A stretch of 63,603 bases of DNA, filler included, from Globobulimina sp. (GCA_003354225.1; 16 parts of 16 records of this genome joined end to end with filler, not necessarily neighbours in it), one strand, 5' to 3'. Shown: positions 35,849-47,268, numbered from the whole stretch's first letter. Notes: generated from the letters alone by a model not told the origin. Made by a program: numbers and translations.

Positions 35849-37345
35849 GACTATGATGAGGAAACCCAACATATCGAGCTCAGCGACGAAAAATACAACA
35901 AGCATAAGAATAAAAAGCATGGCTGGGTCTCAGATAAAGAGTCCTCGATAATAATAATCGGCGCGAATGAAGCTGGCATCCATATGGCATCGCTATTAGT
36001 TCGTGCGGGATTTAATAATATTAAAATCATGGAAATTAGCGCCAAAAACGCAAACGGATATGGCCACTCACAATCGATTGTCGACGAAGGCTATGAAGTT
36101 ATACACGAACTGGGCACCGCGTATATTCATCGAAACTATGACGCCTTTTTCGAGTTAATTGGACTTTACGATGACTCGAATAATGAGTTAATACCCATAA
36201 ACAATGCAAAATGTAACATACAAATCAATAATGCAAATCTTGTGGCAAACCAATGGATTAATAACAAAAAAAAAACTGCAAAAATCAAGGCCGCTGCTGC
36301 TAAATATATGGAATTATACAGCGAGATATTTGAAGCGGAGGATGGAAAAATCAAATTAAAAGCCATCAACATGTCATTTTTAAAATTTATAAATAAGCAC
36401 AAATTGAACGCATTATTGCCGTATTTTGTGTATCATCAGACATTGATGGAAGGCTTTGGTAATTTGGATGAAATTGCGGCGTATTATGGGCTGTTATGGA
36501 ACAACAAAACATCCATTCAACACACTTTAATGAATAAGCGTGGAAATGATAATATGTGGTGTTTGTCCAAGGGGTTTGAACATTTATTTGCCAGTATAGT
36601 GACTGCGGAAGATATTGACATTTGTTATTCGGCGGAGATCACTTCGATTAATCGCTATTTAAACGACAGCAAACACAAAATCTGCATCATGTACAATGAC
36701 AATGAGAATGACTGCGAGAAGCTGATCGAATGCGATGTATTATTTTGTGCAGCAAATATTAGAAATATGCTACCGTTGATATCCGATGTTCGCCAGCAAG
36801 AATTTGAAACATTTAACTCTGTTTCAGCGCATTTAATGTGTGTCACATTGATCGAATGTGATATAATCAACAATAAAAGTTATGATAATTTATTGCTGTT
36901 TTATCCAAATAATTTGTTAAAAAAAAATGGAAACGTGTTCAAAATCCGCAATTCATCGAAAATCATCAATGGAATACGCAGACACAATAAGCTTATCATA
37001 GAGAAGGGACTGAAAAAAGAGCGGTTGGTTTGCTATCAGATGGTGAATAATAAGAAAGTGAAAGAAAACAATATTGTTTCTGACGTTAAATTTGGTGAGA
37101 TTTTATTGAATGATTTGAAGGATTTGAATGTGTTTAAAAGTGTAAAGATTTTGAAACAACATGTTTTTCCGTACTGTGCTCAGTGGAATCGGAAGGAGAT
37201 TCAGAATGGGATACCATGGGTTGTCGAGAATGAGTTACAGGGGAAATATAAAAATATGTATTATATTGGCTCGTCGGTTTGTTTCCAATCAATTGAGTCT
37301 ATTCTTGAGTATAACATACGGTTACAACAGAAATTAAATATATAA
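35849..37345 (+). CDS. Flavin-containing amine-oxidase-like protein with degenerate FAD motif, 5'-truncated
   Basis: IIIIGANEAGIHMASLL...IKIME, HELGTAY and LQGKYKNMYYIGSSVCFQSIE. Confidence 0.78.
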   Translation, partial: DYDEETQHIELSDEKYNKHKNKKHGWVSDKESSIIIIGANEAGIHMASLLVRAGFNNIKIMEISAKNANGYGHSQSIVDEGYEVIHELGTAYIHRNYDAFFELIGLYDDSNNELIPINNAKCNIQINNANLVANQWINNKKKTAKIKAAAAKYMELYSEIFEAEDGKIKLKAINMSFLKFINKHKLNALLPYFVYHQTLMEGFGNLDEIAAYYGLLWNNKTSIQHTLMNKRGNDNMWCLSKGFEHLFASIVTAEDIDICYSAEITSINRYLNDSKHKICIMYNDNENDCEKLIECDVLFCAANIRNMLPLISDVRQQEFETFNSVSAHLMCVTLIECDIINNKSYDNLLLFYPNNLLKKNGNVFKIRNSSKIINGIRRHNKLIIEKGLKKERLVCYQMVNNKKVKENNIVSDVKFGEILLNDLKDLNVFKSVKILKQHVFPYCAQWNRKEIQNGIPWVVENELQGKYKNMYYIGSSVCFQSIESILEYNIRLQQKLNI

Positions 37346-37825
37346 TTATAACGAATGTTATTTTAGTATTATTATTGTTATTATGCGAGTGAAGTGTGTG
37401 TGTTTTTAATATTAAATTACATGATTTATTCAGTTTTTTTTTATCTCTTATTTTTTCGATAATTTCTATATAGCTATTTTTTTACATACACCACAATGCC
37501 GACAACGTACTATTCAAACAAATCAACTATTCCTTGCACTAAAGCATTACCTCACAATAATTATCTTCTTCAAAACTCTAAGAAATCAATATAAATTAAA
37601 TAATTTAATAATTCTAGATTTAATAACCTTTTTATTACAAAATGAACATTTTCCCATCTCTTTCACACAACTTTCACAATATACATGTCTCCGATTGCAA
37701 TCAAACAAAAATGTATAATCTCTGTTCATATTTTGCGTACAATTTCTCTTCATTTAAGTGAGCGGAGCGAGTGACGTCTTTTTCTAGTTTATCATATTAT
37801 TATTATATTATTAGATGCACCAAGG

Positions 37826-37885
37826 AGTGGCGGGGTGGTTGGGTGGTTGGGTGGTTGTGGGTGGTGGATGGTGGATGGTGGGTGA
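37826..37885 (+). repeat. G-rich (GGGTGGTT/GGTGGAT)n microsatellite with G-quadruplex potential
   Basis: GGGGTGGTTGGGTGGTTGGGTGGTTGTGGGTGGTGGATGGTGGATGGTGGG. Confidence 0.8.
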
Positions 37886-38117
37886 CTACACTAGACTCAC
37901 TGTCTGACTGTTTTTAATTTGTCTCTTTAAAAACCTCACATTCTTCTTTTGACATTGATTGCATGTACTGAAAATGTTCAGCTGTTCAAAAAGTTTTTTA
38001 TTTTAATCACCATCTTGTTGAACACCTCACCAATCGTCGCTATGTATGTGTCTCATCGTAATATATTAAAAAAATAACTCGGTTCATAAGCCAAAGCGAA
38101 ATGTCAATGAATCATAT

Positions 38118-38560
38118 AGTATCGCTTAGCTCAAGAAGAGCACTGGATATATCCAGAAGATTCAGGTTTCAAATCTTGAGGCGATCCCAAACCGAACAAA
38201 AACAAATTGAAAGAATGAAGAGAATAAAAAAGACATGGATTTAAATAAGAAAAATATATTTAAATTTGGTGGTAATAATCAGCCATCAAATACAAACAAA
38301 GAAATAATTAATATGATTTGGATTAAAATAAAATAAAATAATAAATATTGATTTGAATTGAATTAAATGGAATTTGAATGGATTGAATTGATGGGGTGAC
38401 TGAATTGATGGGGTGATTGAAAGGAAAAAATAAAGAAAATATATATTTGGATGAATTGGGTGATGGTAAAATAAAAAACGACATGCTTGAGGATTGTGAT
38501 GATGGCGTATTGTATTTTTATCATCACCAATACAAATAACATAAATTGTTATTATGATCG
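38118..38560 (+). mobile_element. tRNA-headed SINE-like element, copy A
   Basis: Head TAGCTCAAGAAGAGC...GGTTTCAAATC; body aligns in reverse complement to 38750-39340. Confidence 0.72.
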
Positions 38561-38749
38561 TGTTTGTTTGTTGTTATTTGGTTTGTTTATTTAACTGAAT
38601 AAAAAAAATACTGTTTCTGTGCAAGGATAATTAAAATAGTTGTACTGTTTCTGTAAGATCTGACAGTAAATTGTCAGATTAACAATAATTAGAATAAGTC
38701 AACAACAAACAAAAAAAATTATAATAAAAAAGTTATGTTTGTCATTTTC

Positions 38750-39340
38750 ATCCTCATAATAGCAATTTTGTGTATTTTGTTGTGGCGGAATGCATTACGC
38801 CATCATACATATCGTTTTTCTTTTTTTTTTTACCTTCAATTCATGTATATACTACATATTCCAATTAATTTAATTCACTCATATTTAATATCATTTATTT
38901 TCTACATATTCCAAATAATTCAAATATTTATTTATTATTATTACATCCAAATCCTCATATTCATCTAAATCCAAATCAAATATTTATATATTTTCATCAT
39001 ATTCATCCAAATTATGTAATGTAATGTAATAAATTTAACGTCGACACAATCAATCACAATCAATATAACACAAAACAAAAATTAACAAATTAAAATTAAA
39101 TATAAACAGATTGGGTGACAGCATATAAAAATGCTCACAATAGAAACAGAGCAAACACATATTTTGTAATATCTAGGTACAATGCAATTATTACCAGTGA
39201 CTGAATACATTTTTATTATTTAATCCATGTATTTTGTTTCCAATTCATTCTTTCGATTTGGCATCGGTTTGGGATCGGCTCAGGATTTGAACCTGAATCT
39301 TCTGGACATATCCAGTGCTCTTCTTGAGCTAAGCGATACT
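38750..39340 (-). mobile_element. tRNA-headed SINE-like element, copy B (inverted relative to A)
   Basis: Reverse complement reads AGTATCGCTTAGCTCAAGAAGAGCACTGGATATGTCCAGAAGATTCAGGTTCAAATCCTGAGCCGATCCCAAACCGA, followed by body blocks shared with copy A. Confidence 0.72.
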
Positions 39341-40101
39341 TAATTTTTTGTGTTGTTGTTGTTGATGGTTGATCTATCCAGTGATTACCCAATCAGCTTC
39401 TGGTGTGTTTCCTTTTCGTTTTGGCATGGTACTGACTTTTCGAACAGAATGAAAAAAAAAGAGAGCTGTTTGAAAAGATTTTCAAAAATTCAGTACTAAT
39501 CGGAAAGCCCTATTGCTTACTCACTATATTATATTTTTAAATGGGAATGGGAATTGATGGCATTATAATACTATTAATTGGAAATAATTGAAATACAACG
39601 TTATCACCATAGGCCGTAACTAGATTAGAAGTTTGGGTCATGCCTATTCTTTTCTTTACAACTCAGTGCTGACCGGTTTTAATTCAACTGAGGCGTCCTC
39701 GATAAAGTTTATTTTATTTTGTTTTGTTNNNNNNNNNNNNNNNNNNNNNNNNNNNNNNNNNNNNNNNNNNNNTTAATTAATTAANNNNNNNNNNNNNNNN
39801 NNNNNNNNNNNNNNNNNNNNNNNNNNNNGCACGAATCTCCAAACAACGACAACATTTCGATCCTTAATGTATAACACATCATTAATTATATAACTGTCAA
39901 ATTTAATGTATTCACTCTAAATTAACTCTCACATCCTGTGTCTACAGTAATTCCCGTCGAGGTTAATGATGTTGAATAACTATAACTAGTGGTATCTGCA
40001 CTGTCAGTATTTGCAACTGCATCGTTTGAATCGTTTGATAATGTTCTGCTTGACATTGACATTTTACTTAAACTAAGAGTTACAATGCAACACTGTGATT
40101 A

Positions 40102-40689
40102 ATGCTAAATTTAATATGGCGTCGAAATAAAAGACATTTGTTATCTAGATTTCGCATGACATCTGAGAGCAAATCGAATGGGACAGACTGGAATTTGCAG
40201 CCTCCATATATATATACTTCAAATGATAAAGAATTCAAATCAAAATACTGTGGAGAATGTGACTGTGGTAAAATATCAATTGAATGTAGGACTGATCCAT
40301 TGGATGTAAAAATATGTCATTGTAAAGGATGTCAAAAACTCCATGGAGCACCAATGCAAATTGCTTGTATATTTTATAAGAAAGATATTAGATTTACAAA
40401 AAATTCTGTTGACAATTTAAAGTTTTACAGCTCAGACAATCAAATAAATGAACATATATTACCATGCAAATTATCCTGTAAATATTGCAATACAATGATT
40501 GCAGATGAAGGAAGAAATATGTTTCTAGCATTTCCATCAATATTTGATTTTAAAAATAATAAAACGCCTCATTCATTCAAGCCGACATGTCATATATTTT
40601 ACAGTCAGAGAGCAATTGACATTGAAGATCAGTTACCAAAATGGATGGGACATAAACAGAAATCTCAATTGTATCAATCGCAATTGTAA
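40102..40689 (+). CDS. GFA/CENP-V (Mss4-like) zinc-binding protein, possible mitochondrial presequence
   Basis: GECDCG, ICHCKGCQKLHGAP, CKYCNT, FKPTCHIFY and DQLPKW; Arg-rich N-terminus. Confidence 0.9.
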   Translation: MLNLIWRRNKRHLLSRFRMTSESKSNGTDWNLQPPYIYTSNDKEFKSKYCGECDCGKISIECRTDPLDVKICHCKGCQKLHGAPMQIACIFYKKDIRFTKNSVDNLKFYSSDNQINEHILPCKLSCKYCNTMIADEGRNMFLAFPSIFDFKNNKTPHSFKPTCHIFYSQRAIDIEDQLPKWMGHKQKSQLYQSQL

Positions 40690-41275
40690 CTGACTACATT
40701 CAGACAAACTTTCCTTCTCTTAACGATATATTCTAAAAGATAACACCCCTTTGTTTGGATAACCTTTGTATACATTTGGTGAAATTATAAATTTGTTCTG
40801 ACTTTATTCTCGATTTGCAAACCCAAGACAAAGTTATACTAAGACCTGAGGATATGGTTGGTATAGATATAGATATTCTATACCGGTCTACCCAGTCATT
40901 AGATATGATAGTATTAGTATAGGATAGTATTAGTAATACTAGGTCAACTTCGAATACTATGTTGAAAACCACTAGCTAACCCAAAAACCTTGCCAATCGT
41001 TGAAATGAAACGAAACGAAACTAAGCCAAAAAAGTTAAATATTTCGTTTAATTAATTGACACTTCACCCTCCAAGATCGTATACAATTTTTTGCTCACGA
41101 ATCAAATGGAGGTTATCCTATATCGTTGTAGTTTTAGATATGCATACAATTCGAGCGAGTTGATATAACTACTTACGACAGTAATAAATTACTAATACTT
41201 AAAAAATACAAATAAAAAAAACACAAAAACACACACACAAAGACAAACAAACGAAAAAAAAAAGCTAGATCGATA

Positions 41276-42666
41276 TCATAGAAACGCAGAATGCACAAAC
41301 CGTGAATCAGCTAAAGCTAATGGTTTTGCATTTGCATTGGAATTGGAATTGGGATTGGGATTGGATATATTTTTTAAACTGCTCATACTCATACTCATAC
41401 TGTGAGTGCTAGTTCTTGTAATAAATGTAATTGAATTGCTCATGCTTTGAACTTGTAATTGACGGTCAAATTTTAACTTTGTGCTTCTACGGTGTGACTT
41501 TGACATATTGCCGTCTGTACAGACCGGGGTACAGATTGGGGTACCGGTACAGGTTGGGGTTGACCTGGTTGACACCGTTGTGTTTACTGGCCGTAAATGT
41601 AACTCATTATGAATATGAACCATACTGTTTATGATCTGGTCATCAATCCTTAAGACTTTGTGTCGCAGCGCAATAACCAAACATTTATCTGTCACATAAC
41701 ATAATACATTGTAAATACCTTTGGCATAGTCCAACAATAAAAAAATACAAAGACTATTTATTGTGCAATCAATAGGTAATAAAAATGTTAAATTTGGATA
41801 AAATATAACCGCAAACGTATAGAAAACGCAGGTTGATAATATTGCGACTAATCCCAACACGATCAATTTGCGAATAATGGATTGAAAGCCATGTCCATGG
41901 GTTGATGTATTGAGTGTTAACTGCCTCATATAAGAAGCAAACACAGCGACAATGGTTATACTGACAATAAAATCTTGCACGCCTAATATTACGGGCCACA
42001 CTTTGTGATAAAAATCCATGCCTTCATGCACGTCGTTATTGTATAATGTACAGATTTGCAGTGTTTTATGAGGCGATGTCACCCCGACTGCCACATTTAA
42101 TACACATGTTTTGACCCACAATGATGTGCATATTACAAAGTTGACAGTCATTATGGAAACAACAACTTTCATTAATTTAGATTTGAGTTCAAACGATGTG
42201 CCCTGAAACTGTTTAGTGTTTTTTGTTTAAATTTGACAGTGTTTTTTGACGATAGAAATTTGACAGTGTTTTTTGTTTAAACCCATTCAGAAAATGACAG
42301 AAATTGTTACTTAACTCCGGCGTACAATCTGTACAATAATAAAATATGTAGGCAATATTTAGCCAACATATAGCAGAAATAATTTGTAATATAAATAATG
42401 ACACATTTGGTTTCGCTCAGATTTATGAATATATTCGTCCGGAACGCAGCAAATAGGGCACAGGCCATCGCATTGCCGACCCACAGCGAGAAATTTAATA
42501 AAACTAAGGTTGTAATTACTTTTCTCTTTTCAATATATACATTTCTATATGTATTGTAAGCCGCATATAATATAATACAAGTTATAATTACAAATCCGAT
42601 AAATCCAAACGATATCATCGAAAATATCCAATATTCATGTACTGTATGCGTATACATGTCAGTCAT
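41276..42666 (-). CDS. 7TM GPCR-like receptor; intron 42209-42315
   Basis: About 7 hydrophobic helices. Splicing gives YRLYAG|FQGTSFEL. TM7-like IDCTINSLCIFL and a Ser/Thr-rich tail. Confidence 0.75.
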
Positions 42667-42937
42667 TGTCAGATGGTATGGTCAGGTGGTTTGGATATAA
42701 ATGTAAACAGAAATTCACAAACTGAAAATGTTTTGAGTGCTCATGATTAAAAATGATTTGAGGAAAATTCTACTAAAATTTACTGGCCCCATTAAGTATT
42801 TTACGAACATGACACCTATACAAACAGAAGATTTACCAATCATAAAACAATCACAAAACAAAAAAACAATCATAATATCATATAAAAAGGACTGCTAACA
42901 AAAATAAATAAAAATAGATACAATGAATATACTTCAT

Positions 42938-43708
42938 TCATATGCCATCTCCATCTCCATCCGCACCAATCAATGCTTTAGATTCGTTGTCCTCGTCGAG
43001 CTCACTCATGTATGATTTCGGATAACTATATTTTTTCTTCATTTTCCTCAATTCCACTTCATTTTGCTTTACATCATCATCATCACCGACACCGGCACCA
43101 TACATCAAATATCCATGTCCAATGCCTTTATTATACGACGGCGACACCACCACTTTCGGCGGCGGCACAGACGGCGCACTCTGCATTGGCACCGGTGGCC
43201 GCATCATTTGTGCAGGACATAGTCCCTGCTCTTCTAAATTAGATAACACCTTATCTTCATCGCTCAACTCACACTTTTCTGTGTGTTTCCGTTTGCGTTC
43301 CAATGTGCTTAATTCCATCGGTGTGGGGGGCAATGGCTTATCGTTCAATTTCTCAATCAAATCTGCAGAAAACTCCTTCATTTTTGCCAACTCAAAGTTC
43401 AATTTCCCAATCTCTAAATCCTTGCCGCTCGCTACATTTTTTAAATTCATATAATTCTCCTTCACAATGGCTAATCTCTCCGATAATGCCTTAATTACTT
43501 CATCATGGATGTTATAGCTATCTCCATGCCCATTATTATTGTTATTTGGCCTCGTTTTTTCATCATCCACCACACCAAATTCATTCGATAATAAGTTATG
43601 AAAACTGGGCAATTGCAGTTCCACATTTTTTATGGCCGTCACACTTTTATTTTTCATGATTTTCAACTTATTTTTTATGGTGATGGAGTTCTTTGAGTTC
43701 TTTGATGC
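42938..43708 (-). CDS. Hypothetical coiled-coil/proline-rich protein, probably 5'-truncated
   Basis: 242-aa ORF with a coiled-coil segment and PPPTP/VPPPK. Confidence 0.55.
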   Translation of the reverse strand, partial: ASKNSKNSITIKNKLKIMKNKSVTAIKNVELQLPSFHNLLSNEFGVVDDEKTRPNNNNNGHGDSYNIHDEVIKALSERLAIVKENYMNLKNVASGKDLEIGKLNFELAKMKEFSADLIEKLNDKPLPPTPMELSTLERKRKHTEKCELSDEDKVLSNLEEQGLCPAQMMRPPVPMQSAPSVPPPKVVVSPSYNKGIGHGYLMYGAGVGDDDDVKQNEVELRKMKKKYSYPKSYMSELDEDNESKALIGADGDGDGI

Positions 43709-44079
43709 NNNNNNNNNNNNNNNNNNNNNNNNNNNNNNNNNNNNNNNNNNNNTTAATTAATTAANNNNNNNNNNNNNNNNNNNNNNNNNNNNNNNNNNNN
43801 NNNNNNNNTCTCCAACATGTTGGCATTTTGATCAGACTGTTCAATTTGGTGCAGCATGCTGGTAAGCAACATGTTAAACATGTTGTTCAACATGCAGGCA
43901 TAATGCTGGCATATTAGATTTGGTGCAATATTTATTTAGGTATTTAGTGAGGTGGTGCAGCCAGCTCTTAGACAACATGTTGAACATGTTACTCAAATGT
44001 TCAACCCACAATTTTAAAACCCCTGAGAAAGTGTCCACACTCTTTATTATTAATCTCCAGTTTTTTTTCTTACTCTTTA

Positions 44080-44979
44080 ATGGAAGCCAAACCTCTATCT
44101 GTATCAGAAGCAGTGTCGTCACGCATTGCTTGTCGTGATTTCTTGCCCAAACAAGTGTCGCTGGATTTAATTATGAAAATATTGAACGAGGCACGTCGTG
44201 CGCCATCAAGTGGCAATCTTCAACCTTGGAAAATCTATTTACTTCATGGAGAAACCAGAAACAAATTAACTCAAATTATAAAAGCAAAAACTGATACTGG
44301 TGTTATGTGCGATCTTCCTTTGCAGTTTGCAATATATCCCGGTCTCACAGTTCCAGCGCCTGGATTTTCAGCTGAAATGAAACAAAAATATCCAAAATAT
44401 TACAAGCGGTATTCAAATATGGGAAAATTGATTTATACCTCACAAGGCGTAAAACGCGGAGATCTTAAAAAAAGATTGGAAAAAACATTTCGAGCGTATG
44501 ATTTTTTTGGTGCTCCCATCGGACTCATATTTACTGTCAACAAAGCAATGGGTTTAGGGCAGTACCCTGATTTGGGCATAATTATACAAACTATCATGTT
44601 ATTGTGCCAACAGTATGGATTATCCACATGTGGTGAGGTTGTATGGTCAATACAGCACAAAACAGTAAGACAAGTGTTGAATATCAATGAAAATGAATTA
44701 ATATTTTGTGGAATGGCAATTGGATACAAAAATGACAAAGCCCCGGTCAATCAGTTTAAAACAGAGAGGATGCCAATGGATGAAATGGTCATTGTTCCTC
44801 AGATTTTGGATATGGATAACATACGATTTGAATCACCTTTGTTGTTTAAAATAAAAATGGCAAAATTAATGTTGACTCAGTATTATATGCCAAAACGAGC
44901 ATATATACAAACGTTTGCCGTAGTTTCTGTAGTGTTGGGTGCTGTCTATTGGTTTAAATATAAATATGTTAAAAAATAA
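44080..44979 (+). CDS. Nitroreductase-family protein with C-terminal transmembrane tail
   Basis: AVSSRIACRDF, ARRAPSSGNLQPW, FFGAP, DLG....IMLL..YGLSTC and CGMAIGY; C-terminal TFAVVSVVLGAVYWF plus basic end. Confidence 0.92.
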   Translation: MEAKPLSVSEAVSSRIACRDFLPKQVSLDLIMKILNEARRAPSSGNLQPWKIYLLHGETRNKLTQIIKAKTDTGVMCDLPLQFAIYPGLTVPAPGFSAEMKQKYPKYYKRYSNMGKLIYTSQGVKRGDLKKRLEKTFRAYDFFGAPIGLIFTVNKAMGLGQYPDLGIIIQTIMLLCQQYGLSTCGEVVWSIQHKTVRQVLNINENELIFCGMAIGYKNDKAPVNQFKTERMPMDEMVIVPQILDMDNIRFESPLLFKIKMAKLMLTQYYMPKRAYIQTFAVVSVVLGAVYWFKYKYVKK

Positions 44980-45157
44980 ATTGTTTAAATAACTGACTAA
45001 CGTGTTTTTTTTCATGGCAATCAGTCGTAAAAATATTGGTTGTTACAGCATTCCCTGGAATCGGACTTACGACCACATGTGACCAACTTCAATCTGTTTG
45101 GTTCCAAAATCACAGTTGCAACGTTCTTGCAAAGTTAAATTTAATATGATGTACAAT

Positions 45158-47268
45158 TTATAGAACCAAGGAAAATATTTTTTTCTTCCACACATTATAA
45201 GGTGGATAAGCCAAAGGTTGTTCAATCCATGAACGAACCACAGGTTTTTTATGCGTAAATGCATCAAATGAATGCTTTCCATGATAGCAACCAATCCCCG
45301 AAACACCAACACCACCAAATCTTGCATTATGATGTGCAGCATATACAATTGTCCCATTTATTTGCACAGCTCCGGACGATGTATTATTTACAATGTAATT
45401 TTGAATCTTTCGACATTCACTAAATACATACAATGCCAACGGCTTACCATTACCACAGTCGTTAACATAATGTACTGCTTCTTTAATATCATTGGAATGG
45501 ATGGGAATTATCCATAAAACCGGACCAAATGTTTCTGTTTTTATGGTTGGCTCATTCGAAATATGCTTAATTTCCGATAATAAAACTACCGTTGGTTCGA
45601 TCATACGATTATTCGCATCCCAATGTCCACCACATATTACTTTGCCTTTTGTACTATTCAACAAACCACAAACTCTTTTAAATTGATCTTCATTTATTAT
45701 TTTACATTGATTTATGCCCAAATCATCTTTTAATTCATCCTTCAATTTATACCATTTGTTGATACATTTTCTGCATTCAACAATAAATTCATTCAAAACA
45801 TCCTTGCAAATAAAAACATAATCTGGTGATACACACTGTTGTCCACAGTTTAGCACTCTTCCATAAATAAGCTGTCTTGCTGCAAGTCCAATATTTGCAG
45901 AGTTATCCACAAAACACGGATTCTTGCCACCTAACTCCAAAATAACCGGCGTCAAATTCTTTGCTGCTTCACCCATAATATATTTCCCTCCGTTGCTGGA
46001 ACCTGTAAAAAATATTAAATCAAATTCGTTTTCTAATATTTTGGCAGTTAAAATGCGATCGTCGCCGCCAGCAATAGTTGAATGACCCACACATTGCACA
46101 AAACGAGAATCAACATATTCGTGTAATAAATCACATAAAACATTGCTGGAATTCAATGCTGTGTTACATGTCTTTATCACAACATTGTTTCCAGCGCAAA
46201 TTGCACCAACTATTGGAGTCAAAGATAGTTGGAATGGAAAGTTCCAGATTGAATTTATAAACACAGTGCCCAGAGGTTCGGAGATATGATAATCAGTGCT
46301 TGGAAACGTTACTAACGATATTCCCATCGATTGGGAGCGGACCATTCGTCGATATTGTTTAATAACAATTTGATCTCGGAAACAATTGGATATATCGCAT
46401 AACTGACAGCCATTAAACCACCACGACCGAGATCCAATTTAAGTGCATTGGTAATACGCTCTTCATTTTCAGTTAACATTCTTAATAAATTGTTTAATTG
46501 TTGTTTACGATTAGAAATAATTCGAGTTACGTTTGATTTATACACTCTTTTCATCTCATTTATGCAAAGTGACATCTCATTTAACTGTATCTCTGAGGCG
46601 TGTTTCCCAACAAATTGCAAATCGGATAGTAATTCTTCATTGATTTCGAAATATTTATCAAAAAGTTTATTTGGTTGAAATGTGAATGAAGAAACCATCC
46701 ATAAATCACATAATATCATAATGGATGACATTAAAATCATTGAAATATGATATAAATCATAATCAGAGTTTTGGACATCATATAAAGTGATGGCAATTAT
46801 TGTTAAACTGGTTACAATGTTATAACCTAAACGTAATTTATTATATGGATATTTATAATGTGATAAAATGAGAGTATGGACCACATTGCGAACAATAAAT
46901 GAGATATAAATGTAAATAACATTGTTATTCATTGATTTCATTGAGGATGAGGTCGCCGATCCAATCAAAATGCATGATGTAATTGAACAAATCATGTTTG
47001 TTATCATTGAATGCGATAAAAATAATGTAAGTATTAACAATGGCAATAAAAATGGCACCAAGATAATTTGAAGAAATGATGAGCCGCATTTCTTGATTTT
47101 CTAAATAAAAACAAACAAAATGTATGAATATTATAATACGCATATGATTGTAACTTGTGGATTTGAGAGAGTTTTCGTTTGATATTTATCATCTGATGCA
47201 ATTGGTGCATATTTCTCATCATGTTCATGTCCATTGTCATACAATGCGTTTACTGAGACATGTGCCAT
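45158..47268 (-). CDS. Class-3 aldehyde dehydrogenase with N-terminal multi-TM domain; intron 47101-47139; 1-bp frameshift near 46333
   Basis: EPLG...WNFP, GAICAGN, FFTGS, ELGGKNP, GQQCVSPDY, ETFGP, KPLALYVFS and FGGVGVSGIGCYHG. Adding one C restores IDEWSAPQSMG. Confidence 0.88.

Noticed and set aside
38118-39340. Functional tRNA genes
   Set aside because: The 4-nt anticodon loop, short D-loop and long shared downstream body indicate tRNA-derived elements rather than decoding tRNAs.
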